DNA of 24,000 nucleotides, taken from contig OY762825.2 in the NCBI GenBank assembly GCA_963666425.2, positions 1,143,478 through 1,167,477 of the forward strand, given 5' to 3'. This stretch comes from Bacillota bacterium (GTDB lineage Bacteria > Bacillota > JAAYKD01). The notes under the pieces are model-generated. The model did no database searches. It saw only the letters and a list, made by a program, of their open reading frames with translations, and was not told the DNA's origin. Below are positions 16,443 through 24,000 of this stretch, one piece after another (the first letter of the stretch is position 1; each line of letters begins with the position of its first letter). A program made the translations under genes and the position numbers.

Positions 16443-17606
16443 TCACCCAAAATACTGTTGCATGAGTGCTTTTTTTAGTGTCTCAAGCTTTTCCAGGCTC
16501 ATTTGAATTTCAAGTTTTGATTTGTCGATTTGTTTGACGAAGTCAGAAAATTGCTCTTGTAGTCCCAACGGAGGTAGAATAATCATGTAGTCTTCAATTT
16601 GTGCGCTGCTTACATTTGGTTGAAGCGAATTACCACTCATTCTATCTACATAATCCTTAAAGTCATCAGTTCTACACAGAACTTCAAGAAATATTGGCGT
16701 AATGCCTCTTTTCATTTGAAATCTTCCAACTCGTTGATTCAATAAGCATGGCAAATCTCTGCTTGAAACTTTTGCAATTTTCACTGAATTAAGTGACTTA
16801 ATTATAGGACGAGTCATTGCCATAACTAAATCGCCATCTTGCAATGCAAATTCTTGATACTTTGTGAGATATTCCTGCGGTACAGAATTGACAACGTCCC
16901 AATTAATAAAATCCTTGTTCACATTGCCAATTTGAACGAGTGGAACACCTTCGTCAACAAAAGCCTTACTCATAAAAGCATATCCGCCTTGCAGTCTTGC
17001 ATAATCACCCAACTGAACTACAGGATAATCAAATTGATTATTATTTACCGTACCGAAAATCTCGACAAACCGGGATTTGATGAGGTCTTCCAGTTTAGCA
17101 AGCTGTTGCTTGCGGAGGGAAATGAGATTGATTATTTTTCTAAATGCAGCAGCGATTCTCTTCTGTTCATCCAAAGGTGGAAGTGGTATTTCGATGTTTT
17201 CAACAATACCTTTTGATATTTCTTTGAATGTGGCTCCGCGTCCTAATGAGTTAAGACAATCCGTGTTCCCTTTCAGGAAAAAATACAAATACTCATTAAA
17301 AACACGATCTGAGCAAATTAGGTTTTTGAAGCCTTGATTGCAGCACATTTTGCATCCTGCTATAGCCGTTTTTCCAATAGGAGCGCGGGAAGATAAAATC
17401 ACGGTTCCCGCAGGAAATGGGTGTAGCCCTGTTTTTCTCTTTCCTTCTTCTGTAATATGGCGTGAAGAGTCAAAAATGTAAAACGAATCATCTGATAATT
17501 CAGCGGGCGTAATCCATTTTATATCTCCATCCCAGTATTCATTCATGTTCGTTTTTGGAGTAGAGCCAGATATGACCTTACATACATCCCCCAATTTCGC
17601 CATCAT
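16443..17606 (-). CDS. hsdS: Type I restriction-modification specificity subunit (HsdS), two target-recognition domains
   Basis: 387 aa. Duplicated conserved spacers (LPPLDEQKRIAAAF...LAKLEDLIKSRF and LPPLGLQEQFSDFV...LEKLETLKKALMQQYF). The ATG overlaps the hsdM stop (ATGA). Confidence 0.92.
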   Translation of the reverse strand: MMAKLGDVCKVISGSTPKTNMNEYWDGDIKWITPAELSDDSFYIFDSSRHITEEGKRKTGLHPFPAGTVILSSRAPIGKTAIAGCKMCCNQGFKNLICSDRVFNEYLYFFLKGNTDCLNSLGRGATFKEISKGIVENIEIPLPPLDEQKRIAAAFRKIINLISLRKQQLAKLEDLIKSRFVEIFGTVNNNQFDYPVVQLGDYARLQGGYAFMSKAFVDEGVPLVQIGNVNKDFINWDVVNSVPQEYLTKYQEFALQDGDLVMAMTRPIIKSLNSVKIAKVSSRDLPCLLNQRVGRFQMKRGITPIFLEVLCRTDDFKDYVDRMSGNSLQPNVSSAQIEDYMIILPPLGLQEQFSDFVKQIDKSKLEIQMSLEKLETLKKALMQQYFG

Positions 17607-19102
17607 ACCATCTCCTTCAGTTCTGCCAAGCTCTTAATAATTTCCTTTTCGATCTCATGCAGGTCTGCCATGATTTCCTTCGTTGAGAGGTACTCCGTCT
17701 TAACATAGTCCGTCTTTTTATATTTGTTAATGGAAAGGTCATAATCGTTCCCGACGATTTCAGCTTTCGGCACCAGAAAGGATTTTTCTGTTCTGGCACG
17801 GTCGGCTTCCTCATCCCTGTTTTTAAAACGCTCAATAATGTCGGGAATGTCGTTGTTATCCGGTGTAAGTGTCCGTTTGTCATCTAGGCTCATACCATCA
17901 GCAGTCATATTATAGAACCACACGTTATCCGTGCCGCCATGGCCGGTCTTCGTAAATACTAAAATTCCGGTGGAAACGCCGGCATAAGGCTTGAACACGC
18001 CGGAAGGCATGGAAATGACTGCTTCCAGTCGATTACCCTCAATTAGCTCCTTACGGATAGCCTTATGCGCTGTGGAGGATCCAAACAGCACGCCGTCTGG
18101 TACGATGCAGGCACAGCGACCGCCCACCTTCAACATGCGCAAGAAAAGCGCCAAAAATAGCAGCTCGGTTTTCTTTGTCTTGCAAACTTTCAGAAGGTCA
18201 GTGGAAACCGTATCGGAATCCAAGCTGCCCTTGAACGGTGGATTGGCGAGGATCAGAGAATATCGTTCTCTATCTGGGTTCTGATCGGACAGGCTGTCGC
18301 GGTACTCTATAAACGGATTATCTACGCCATGCGTCATCATGTTCATGGCGCCGATACGAAGCATCGTCCGATCCATGTCGTAGCCATGAAACATGTGGTT
18401 CATGTAGTGGCCTTTTTTTTGCTTGTCGAAGAAAATTTCTTCTTTGTAATGCTCTTTTAGGTATTCAGCAGCGGTCACCAGGAAGCCAGACGTGCCACAG
18501 GCGGGATCGCAGATTACATCGTCCGGTCGCGGTGCAAGCAGTTCCACCATCATACGGATAACGTGACGTGGTGTGCGGAACTGACCGTTCATACCGGAGG
18601 TGGAAATTTTAGAAAGCAGATATTCGTAGACATCGCCACGCACATCCGATTCTTTCATGGCGGACATTTGGCGATAGATTTCATCCAGAGCGTCCACAAT
18701 CTTGGAGAGCATCAGCGGTGTTGGGATTTTGAAAATAGCGTCATCCATATATTTGGAATAGGCGCTTTCTTTGTTCCCATGCAGATTTTTAATGAATGGG
18801 AACACTAGTTCTTGTACGACCGAGTACATTTTACCTGCCGGAAAATCGTGAAACACCGACCATTTGAGCTGGTTGCCGTCTACCCGGCGATCGCCAATCT
18901 GCACCTCATTGGCAAAAATGCTTTCAAAAGAAAGCCCCAGCATAGCACTCTCCTTAGCGCGCAGGTTGTCTGTGTCATCCAAGTCACGGATGAACATGAG
19001 ATAGGTCATCTGCTCCACTACATCCAACGGATTGGTCAGCCCACCGGTCCAGAACATTTCCCAAAGGCTATCGATTCGATTTTTCAGTTCGCCTGTTATC
19101 AT
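17603..19102 (-). CDS. hsdM: Type I restriction-modification N6-adenine DNA methyltransferase (HsdM)
   Basis: 499 aa. HsdM N-terminal domain. AdoMet motif DPACGTSGFL. Catalytic LANPPF. The ATG directly abuts the fic TAA (TAAATG). Confidence 0.95.
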   Translation of the reverse strand: MITGELKNRIDSLWEMFWTGGLTNPLDVVEQMTYLMFIRDLDDTDNLRAKESAMLGLSFESIFANEVQIGDRRVDGNQLKWSVFHDFPAGKMYSVVQELVFPFIKNLHGNKESAYSKYMDDAIFKIPTPLMLSKIVDALDEIYRQMSAMKESDVRGDVYEYLLSKISTSGMNGQFRTPRHVIRMMVELLAPRPDDVICDPACGTSGFLVTAAEYLKEHYKEEIFFDKQKKGHYMNHMFHGYDMDRTMLRIGAMNMMTHGVDNPFIEYRDSLSDQNPDRERYSLILANPPFKGSLDSDTVSTDLLKVCKTKKTELLFLALFLRMLKVGGRCACIVPDGVLFGSSTAHKAIRKELIEGNRLEAVISMPSGVFKPYAGVSTGILVFTKTGHGGTDNVWFYNMTADGMSLDDKRTLTPDNNDIPDIIERFKNRDEEADRARTEKSFLVPKAEIVGNDYDLSINKYKKTDYVKTEYLSTKEIMADLHEIEKEIIKSLAELKEMV

Positions 19103-20161
19103 TTATTCTTTCTCCCTATTCCATGTATAGGAGGCGTAGCGCCCCCCACTGAGCTTAATGATTTCATCGCTTTTCAGCAGGTTATTCAGGGCCCGTTGGA
19201 TGGTAACCTGACTGATGTCCGGGCATTTTTGCATGATTTCTGTTTTGGTGATTTTGCCAAGCGTCCCTTTAATGATCTCCCGAACACGATCCGCTTTGGA
19301 AAGATTACTGGTTGTCAGAAGCTGCATACGGGAAGAAAATTCCCGATATGCCGCAACAATCACGCCTAGCATATATCGCACAAATGGCATATAGTCATTT
19401 TTTTCTTCGTGCCAGCCTTCGGAACTTTGCTGCAGAGTTTCATAATAGGTTTCTCGTGACATCTCGATCAGCTTTTCAATACTGATATATTTGCTAACGT
19501 TATAGCCACCGCGATAGAGTAAAAGCAGTGTCAGAAGACGACTCATGCGGCCGTTGCCATCGTTGAAGGGGTGAATGCAAAGAAAATCCAGAATAAACAC
19601 TGGAATGAGCAGTAACGGATCGTATTCGGCATTTTTGCTGGCTTCTTCCAGCGCAACGCAGAGCTGTTCCATCGCCTCTGTCGTCTCCCACGCTGGCACT
19701 GGTTGGAACCTGATGAACTTATTCCCTTGTGCATCTTCTTCCGCAATCACATTATCGGCGCTTTTATAAGAACCGCCGGTGCTTTTTCCGCTGAATTTAT
19801 AGAGATCGCGGTGCAGCTGCAGGATCATGGACGGTTTTGGTGGGATGAAGTCATGGCTTTCGTGAATCGTGGCAAGCACATCGCGGTAGCCGGCAATTTC
19901 CTCTTCGTTTCTGGTTTTCGGCATTGTTTTATCACTGATAATTTTCTTCAATCGTTCGTTGGAAGTCGAGATGCCTTCGATTTTATTGGACGCCTCGGCA
20001 CTCTGAATTTTCGCGACCTCAACGAGTTGCGTCAATGTGTCGCTTTGAGCTTCAATAAATTGATTCTGCTCTCCCTTGAATTCATGGATTTGCACCAGAA
20101 GCGCAACGGTTTCTGGAGTAAGCAAAGCATGATATATCTTGTCATAATTGTATTTCCGCAT
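19103..20161 (-). CDS. Fic-family protein (predicted AMP-transferase) with an N-terminal inhibitory motif and a C-terminal winged-helix domain
   Basis: 352 aa. Canonical Fic motif HPFNDGNGRMSR. SNKIEG matches the (S/T)xxxE(G/N) inhibitory helix. The C-terminal HTH-like region is ISQVTIQRALNNLLKSDEI. RBS GAGGT lies before the ATG at 20161. Confidence 0.9.
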   Translation of the reverse strand: MRKYNYDKIYHALLTPETVALLVQIHEFKGEQNQFIEAQSDTLTQLVEVAKIQSAEASNKIEGISTSNERLKKIISDKTMPKTRNEEEIAGYRDVLATIHESHDFIPPKPSMILQLHRDLYKFSGKSTGGSYKSADNVIAEEDAQGNKFIRFQPVPAWETTEAMEQLCVALEEASKNAEYDPLLLIPVFILDFLCIHPFNDGNGRMSRLLTLLLLYRGGYNVSKYISIEKLIEMSRETYYETLQQSSEGWHEEKNDYMPFVRYMLGVIVAAYREFSSRMQLLTTSNLSKADRVREIIKGTLGKITKTEIMQKCPDISQVTIQRALNNLLKSDEIIKLSGGRYASYTWNREKE

Positions 20162-20217
20162 AGTATTACCTCAGTTCAAAATCAACTTGCTCATACGTTT
20201 CATATTGATGCAATTAC

Positions 20218-20259
20218 AGAATATCTCCATTTTCATCAAAAGTCAAGATCAATTTGATC
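20218..20259 (-). promoter_or_regulatory. Promoter of the fic-hsd operon plus an adjacent 13-bp palindrome
   Basis: The minus strand reads TTGACT (20246-20241), a 17-nt spacer, then TATTCT (20223-20218). The perfect palindrome GATCAA-T-TTGATC (20247-20259) abuts the -35 box. Confidence 0.55.
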
Positions 20260-20294
20260 ATTATTTTCTTATATGAGTAAATTGATATGCGCGG

Positions 20295-20338
20295 TGATGC
20301 AACAACGCCGCCCGAGAGAATTACTCCCTTAGGCGGCG
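20295..20338 (-). terminator. Weak GC-rich hairpin, a possible insulator/terminator upstream of the fic promoter
   Basis: 7-bp all-GC stem CGCCGCC / GGCGGCG (20306-20312 / 20332-20338) with a 19-nt loop. On the minus strand it is followed by TTGTTGCATC, which is only moderately U-rich. Confidence 0.3.
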
Positions 20339-20344
20339 CCGTTA

Positions 20345-20735
20345 TTGAGGTTAGCTTCAAGTGATCTGTACACCGTGATTGTTCTGCACCGACTTGAAAA
20401 AGTTCTTCGCAATTTCGCTCTTGCTGTCATAATCCACGGACAAAGAAAAATACCTTTGATTTTTCAATAAAGCCGCTTTTCACTAGCTCGGTTGTCACGA
20501 ATCCGCTCAAGCAGCTCATCAAAGTAGTCGGCACCGAATTCTTTCGGGCTTCGTAGGCGCTCATCATTCAGGACAAAGCTTATCTTCATGTACTAACTGA
20601 GAATGTCATTGGCTCATCTGCAAAGATGAACACCGATGTTGCTGGAACGTAAACAAAGAAAAAATCATATCAAGACTGTAACAATCCGTTTCTCTGGAGA
20701 TCTCATCCCCGGTGGCTTTATCACGCCGGAATATC
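20345..20735 (-). pseudogene. Degraded RhuM-family (virulence protein RhuM-like) gene remnant
   Basis: Minus-strand translation across three frames gives SLDMIFSL, then RSSNIGVHLCR*ANDILS*YMKISFVLNDERLRSPKEFGADYFDELLERIRDNRASEKRLY*KI, then SLSVDYDSKSEIAKNFFKSVQNNHGVQIT*. This follows the RhuM pattern as I recall it (NLDxIISVGYRVxSxxGxxFRxWA...KGFVLxDERL...FGxDYFxELLExIRxIRxSExxxYQKI...SxDYD...FFxxVQNK). It has at least 3 in-frame stops and at least 2 frameshifts, and the C-terminal third is missing. Confidence 0.6.
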
Positions 20736-20834
20736 CAGAAATGCTATCTTGGAGCCTTGTTTGCTATAGCATTTTCAACTAATTATTCAATATTGTTCTT
20801 TATATAATAAGCACGTGGTTATCGTCCTAAGTTA

Positions 20835-23800
20835 CTATTTAAAAACTAATTTTATGTCATCCAAATTGTAGTATTCAATCCCACCTTTTCTAGCTCTAAT
20901 ACTCGGCGGAATCAGTTCTATCAACTCCTGTCTTGTATGTACGCCCGGTAAAACATAATATGTTCTATCGTAACCTAAAAATAAAATACTCCAACCTTCT
21001 CTAACCCCCTGAACATATGTATCATCTTTCCCAATGTAATCTTTGAGTTTGAGTTCGTCATCTTCCGTAATATCTCTGGGTGCAACATATTCAAACAGAG
21101 CATAGTCTATATATTCTTCTCTCGCTAATCTTATATAGGTGTTCAATTCAAATAAGCTGAAGTAATTCTGAATCTTTTCAACACGTCCAATCAAGCAAAG
21201 CGGTTTTCCAAAACGCTCCTTATTATGTGATGATATACCGATTTTCGGGTTCACAAGAGCTGGCTCAATAATGCCCATTCCATATAACCCGTTTCCGATT
21301 TTTGAGATTATTTTTATCCGTCTCTCGTCTAGAGAATAATTATCTTCCCTTTCTCGCTCTTTTATTTTACTAAATAGCCTCTCAGGCACTACCGGCCACA
21401 AACTAGTAACCAAATCATATTGCTCAAAACGCCCTTCCCATTTATCTGCCTTTAATACATATTGAACATGACGCAATAACGTTCTATCTTCTTTTAGCGC
21501 AACCGATGGCGGGAAAAATAGATTTGACTTAATATTTATGCTTTCGTCCAAAACTCCAATTGCTTCAGCTGCGAACGCTTTTCCAAAAAATAATTGTCTT
21601 GCTACATCATCCAGCTGCCTAATATCAATATTTTTAAATGTTACATCGGGGAGTCTTACTAACTCACTTAGAGAGTTTGTTTTTTGATCGATTAAATTCA
21701 CTTTGTCTAGCTTCATTGAGCCGTACTCTGTAGCTGATAATTGCTGAAGTATATCACCAGAAAATTCCTCAAACTCGTATAATAGAATGTTGATCGTCAG
21801 TTGAGCCTCGGCTGAATCGGCTCCAATCTTTTCCTCTCTTAAATATGCCACTACAACTTCTACGACTTTAATTATTAGTTTATCGACAAGTTTTTTTAGG
21901 ATCTCGGTAAGGTCTTCCGAAAAACCTACTATATTGTTTCGGTCAACAGACAATACGGGCCTTTTTTCTCCAATGAAATTCAATATGACACTAGAGTTCT
22001 GAGACAAACTATACCCTAGTAGTGCATATTTTTTTAAATGCACGGAATTTTCATTTACGACAACCCCGTCGACTAAAATTGTTAGTTGACTAGTTTTCCA
22101 TAAATACCTAGAAAAACTAAAAACATAACGATTTAGTACGGGAATGCCCTTTTGAGGCAAACAAATAAATGTGTGTAGCTGAACACCGTCAAATCCTACA
22201 CAAATTGGTATATCTTTGATAAAATTGCGGCATGTTATAACATCTTTATATTGATTTTCGTTATCATTTTCTAAATTGTATCGCCCAAAAGCTGTTGCAA
22301 ATGCAGCGACATTTGTATTTGGATATTTCCTAAAATCAAAAATTTCATTAAATGGAATAATCGGGTGTGATTTATCGTTTTCGTCGTATACGCAGACTTC
22401 AATATCGGGGTCAGGAATGCCTATTTGCTTGTTCACTTTCCAGAAAAGGCTGCTTTCAAATTCTTTATAGCTTGATTTATCAAATGTTTCATCGTACCTG
22501 CTGTTATTCCCTGCAAAAATAAAATAATACAAATCCTTTGGAATGATACAATTGATTATTTCAGAAGTCTTTCCGTTAAGGAAAATTTTTACTAGTGTAC
22601 CATGTTCGCCTATGCGCTCATTATCAAGTTCGTTGATAGGTATATGATAAAATCGCTCATTAGCCCCTTCTATTACAAAGGACAATGGTATAATAGCATT
22701 TTCATAGTGCTTTGTAGTTATTTCAAGTGCATCACCTAACATAAAGCATGAAAGAATACCTATTCCGAATTGGGATGTTGGGTTTACCGCATTTGACCAA
22801 TTGGCATTTTTCCTAATAAAATCGCGAGATTTATAGTATGAATTGCCAATGTGCAAAAGGTGATTTTTTACAATATCCATCGTCATGCCTGTTCCATTAT
22901 CTAAGCAATAAATATATGTTCGACCATTGCTGTCGGTTGACAATCCAAAGGATATTTTATAATTACTAAATACACTTCTTGTTATGTCGATTGCTTTCAT
23001 ACATTTGCATGCATCGAGCGAGTTTTGGTAAAGTTCTCGCAAACAAAGGTATTCATCTTTATAAAGTTGTGCACCCGCCAAAAGACCGAGAATTTTAGAT
23101 TGCTCCAAGGTAAACTTTGCATCGTTTTCAGGTATAAATATTGATGTATCAGCATCAATTCCTGTTCTATCCGCAGCTATCGCAATTTTAATATCATAGT
23201 TCTCCCGATTAGGTATATCATCATATTCTAATCGCTGTAGAAATTTAAAGTATAGCGCAATCTCATCGTCAACAGAGTCCAAATAATCCTGTAAAAAATA
23301 GTAAGTATCCGGCGATGAACAATATGCTTTAAATTTTATGGTTGTCTTGGAATTGGTATTGCTAAATTCATAATGTGTTTCCTCGAATTTTGACTTCCAA
23401 TGCTTATAACTTACTGGGTCAGTAATTTTCTTTTCGGCAAACAGCGACATGGGTGCTCTATCCGAAGAAAAATGAATAATATCGCCAAGTCTTAACATAA
23501 TTGCTACAAATTGAACATTCACCTTACCAAGAGAATCTATTTCATAGTCAAAATCTAACTTTTTGACATCAACGGCTTCATCCCCATGCGCTTTACAAAC
23601 TTTGGCTAAGACGTTCAGATACTTATCTGCAGTAGATTTTTTTAGCAACGCTCTGAATCTTTTACGCATATTGCCAATAAATTCAACAATACGTTTATTA
23701 TGTGTTGTTCTAATGAAGTCACACCTAATTAGATTGCTATAATTGAGATAATCATAGCTATCTAATTTTTTGTTTCTTAATTGATCTGAAAACCCGTTTC

Positions 23801-23990
23801 GAAATTCTTCATAAGACCGTACACGTTTCGCTAAATCAAGTTGTAGTTCGGCTTCGTTCTCGGGAGCAAAAATAAAACTCTCCACATTGCTGTATTTCAC
23901 ATATATATAGCGTTTATTCTCATCGATAATTTTCTCTATTTCAATTAAAGACTGAACCGGCTTAAAATCGTTCTTAATGCAAGGTTTCAC
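20835..23990 (-). CDS. Large (at least 1051 aa) Hsp90-type GHKL ATPase with an HD-like N-terminal region and a long uncharacterised C-terminal region; the 5-prime end is probably outside the window
   Basis: GHKL motifs were read directly. N-box RELYQNSLDA (aa 318-327, nt 23011-23039). G1 box LDNGTGM (363-369). SQFGIGILS (406-414), which matches the Hsp90-class GQFGVGFYS spacing. LRLGDIIHFSSDR (166-178) resembles the distal helix of HD-domain proteins. The track start is a GTG at the window edge, with no in-frame stop between it and position 24000. Very AT-rich. Confidence 0.8.
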   Translation of the reverse strand: MKPCIKNDFKPVQSLIEIEKIIDENKRYIYVKYSNVESFIFAPENEAELQLDLAKRVRSYEEFRNGFSDQLRNKKLDSYDYLNYSNLIRCDFIRTTHNKRIVEFIGNMRKRFRALLKKSTADKYLNVLAKVCKAHGDEAVDVKKLDFDYEIDSLGKVNVQFVAIMLRLGDIIHFSSDRAPMSLFAEKKITDPVSYKHWKSKFEETHYEFSNTNSKTTIKFKAYCSSPDTYYFLQDYLDSVDDEIALYFKFLQRLEYDDIPNRENYDIKIAIAADRTGIDADTSIFIPENDAKFTLEQSKILGLLAGAQLYKDEYLCLRELYQNSLDACKCMKAIDITRSVFSNYKISFGLSTDSNGRTYIYCLDNGTGMTMDIVKNHLLHIGNSYYKSRDFIRKNANWSNAVNPTSQFGIGILSCFMLGDALEITTKHYENAIIPLSFVIEGANERFYHIPINELDNERIGEHGTLVKIFLNGKTSEIINCIIPKDLYYFIFAGNNSRYDETFDKSSYKEFESSLFWKVNKQIGIPDPDIEVCVYDENDKSHPIIPFNEIFDFRKYPNTNVAAFATAFGRYNLENDNENQYKDVITCRNFIKDIPICVGFDGVQLHTFICLPQKGIPVLNRYVFSFSRYLWKTSQLTILVDGVVVNENSVHLKKYALLGYSLSQNSSVILNFIGEKRPVLSVDRNNIVGFSEDLTEILKKLVDKLIIKVVEVVVAYLREEKIGADSAEAQLTINILLYEFEEFSGDILQQLSATEYGSMKLDKVNLIDQKTNSLSELVRLPDVTFKNIDIRQLDDVARQLFFGKAFAAEAIGVLDESINIKSNLFFPPSVALKEDRTLLRHVQYVLKADKWEGRFEQYDLVTSLWPVVPERLFSKIKEREREDNYSLDERRIKIISKIGNGLYGMGIIEPALVNPKIGISSHNKERFGKPLCLIGRVEKIQNYFSLFELNTYIRLAREEYIDYALFEYVAPRDITEDDELKLKDYIGKDDTYVQGVREGWSILFLGYDRTYYVLPGVHTRQELIELIPPSIRARKGGIEYYNLDDIKLVFK

Positions 23991-24000
23991 ATCCCGATTA

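Noticed and set aside
16443-17606. Possibility of an hsdS shufflon or phase-variable specificity system
   Set aside because: There is only one hsdS copy. I see no partial hsdS-prime genes, no inverted repeats flanking the TRDs and no recombinase gene anywhere in the window.
18413-18420. Homopolymer A8/T8 tracts inside hsdM (18413-18420) and orf244 (15887-15894) as possible slipped-strand phase-variation switches
   Set aside because: Eight nucleotides is short for a contingency tract. They encode Lys-Lys-Lys runs expected in AT-biased genes. No longer tract or repeat array is present, so this can only be settled by population sequencing.
18812-20257. Plus-strand ORFs of 185 aa (18812-19369) and 184 aa (19703-20257) opposite hsdM and fic
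   Set aside because: They fully overlap well-supported minus-strand genes. There are no motifs and no Shine-Dalgarno sequences. This is a typical antisense open frame.
20738-20774. Hairpin AAATGCTAT / ATAGCATTT downstream of the ATPase gene as its terminator
   Set aside because: It has a 9-bp AT-rich stem with an 18-nt loop and no U-tract on the minus strand. It is too weak to call.
1-24000. tRNA, rRNA, CRISPR arrays, transposase/integrase genes and long terminal or direct repeats
   Set aside because: Intergenic regions were read on both strands. I found no cloverleaf-like segments, no regularly spaced repeat arrays and no recombinase-like ORFs. The absence is by eye only and should be confirmed with tRNAscan-SE, CRISPR finders and ISfinder.

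Overview
Every gene I can support lies on the minus strand. Strong GGAGG-type ribosome-binding sites and frequent TTG/GTG starts suggest a Bacillota-like anaerobe (inference).

(1) 1-8300: a [NiFe]-hydrogenase maturation operon, hypA-hypB-hypF-hypC-hypD-hypE. It has a near-consensus sigma-70 promoter and a roughly 150-nt repeat-rich leader. It runs, with no visible terminator, into two NuoL/M/N (MnhD/HyfB-like) antiporter-type membrane subunits. The second subunit is cut by the window start, so this is probably the 5-prime end of a membrane-bound group-4-type hydrogenase locus.

(2) 8467-11557: small accessory genes. These are a GNAT acetyltransferase, a VOC/glyoxalase-fold protein, and a MarR / PNPOx-like / YdeI-like operon with a palindromic operator inside its promoter.

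(3) 11756-24000: a defence island. It contains a tightly packed six-cistron operon: fic, hsdM, hsdS, orf244, orf176, hsdR.
- orf244 carries a HEPN-type RNxxxH domain that aligns without gaps to the N-terminal domain of HsdR.
- orf176 is a SieB-like two-TM protein.
- These two AT-rich genes sit between hsdS and hsdR, next to a decayed second copy of the hsdR 5-prime end (MTNFDFL...). That is a recombination scar.

Upstream of this operon are a multiply frameshifted rhuM-family pseudogene and a very AT-rich ORF of at least 1051 aa. This ORF combines an HD-like N-terminal region, an Hsp90-type GHKL ATPase core and about 580 aa with no motif I recognise. Its reading frame is still open at the window edge.

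The two candidates for an undescribed system are the orf244/orf176 cassette inside the type I R-M operon and the giant Hsp90-like ATPase gene. I saw no tRNA, rRNA, CRISPR array, transposase or integrase.
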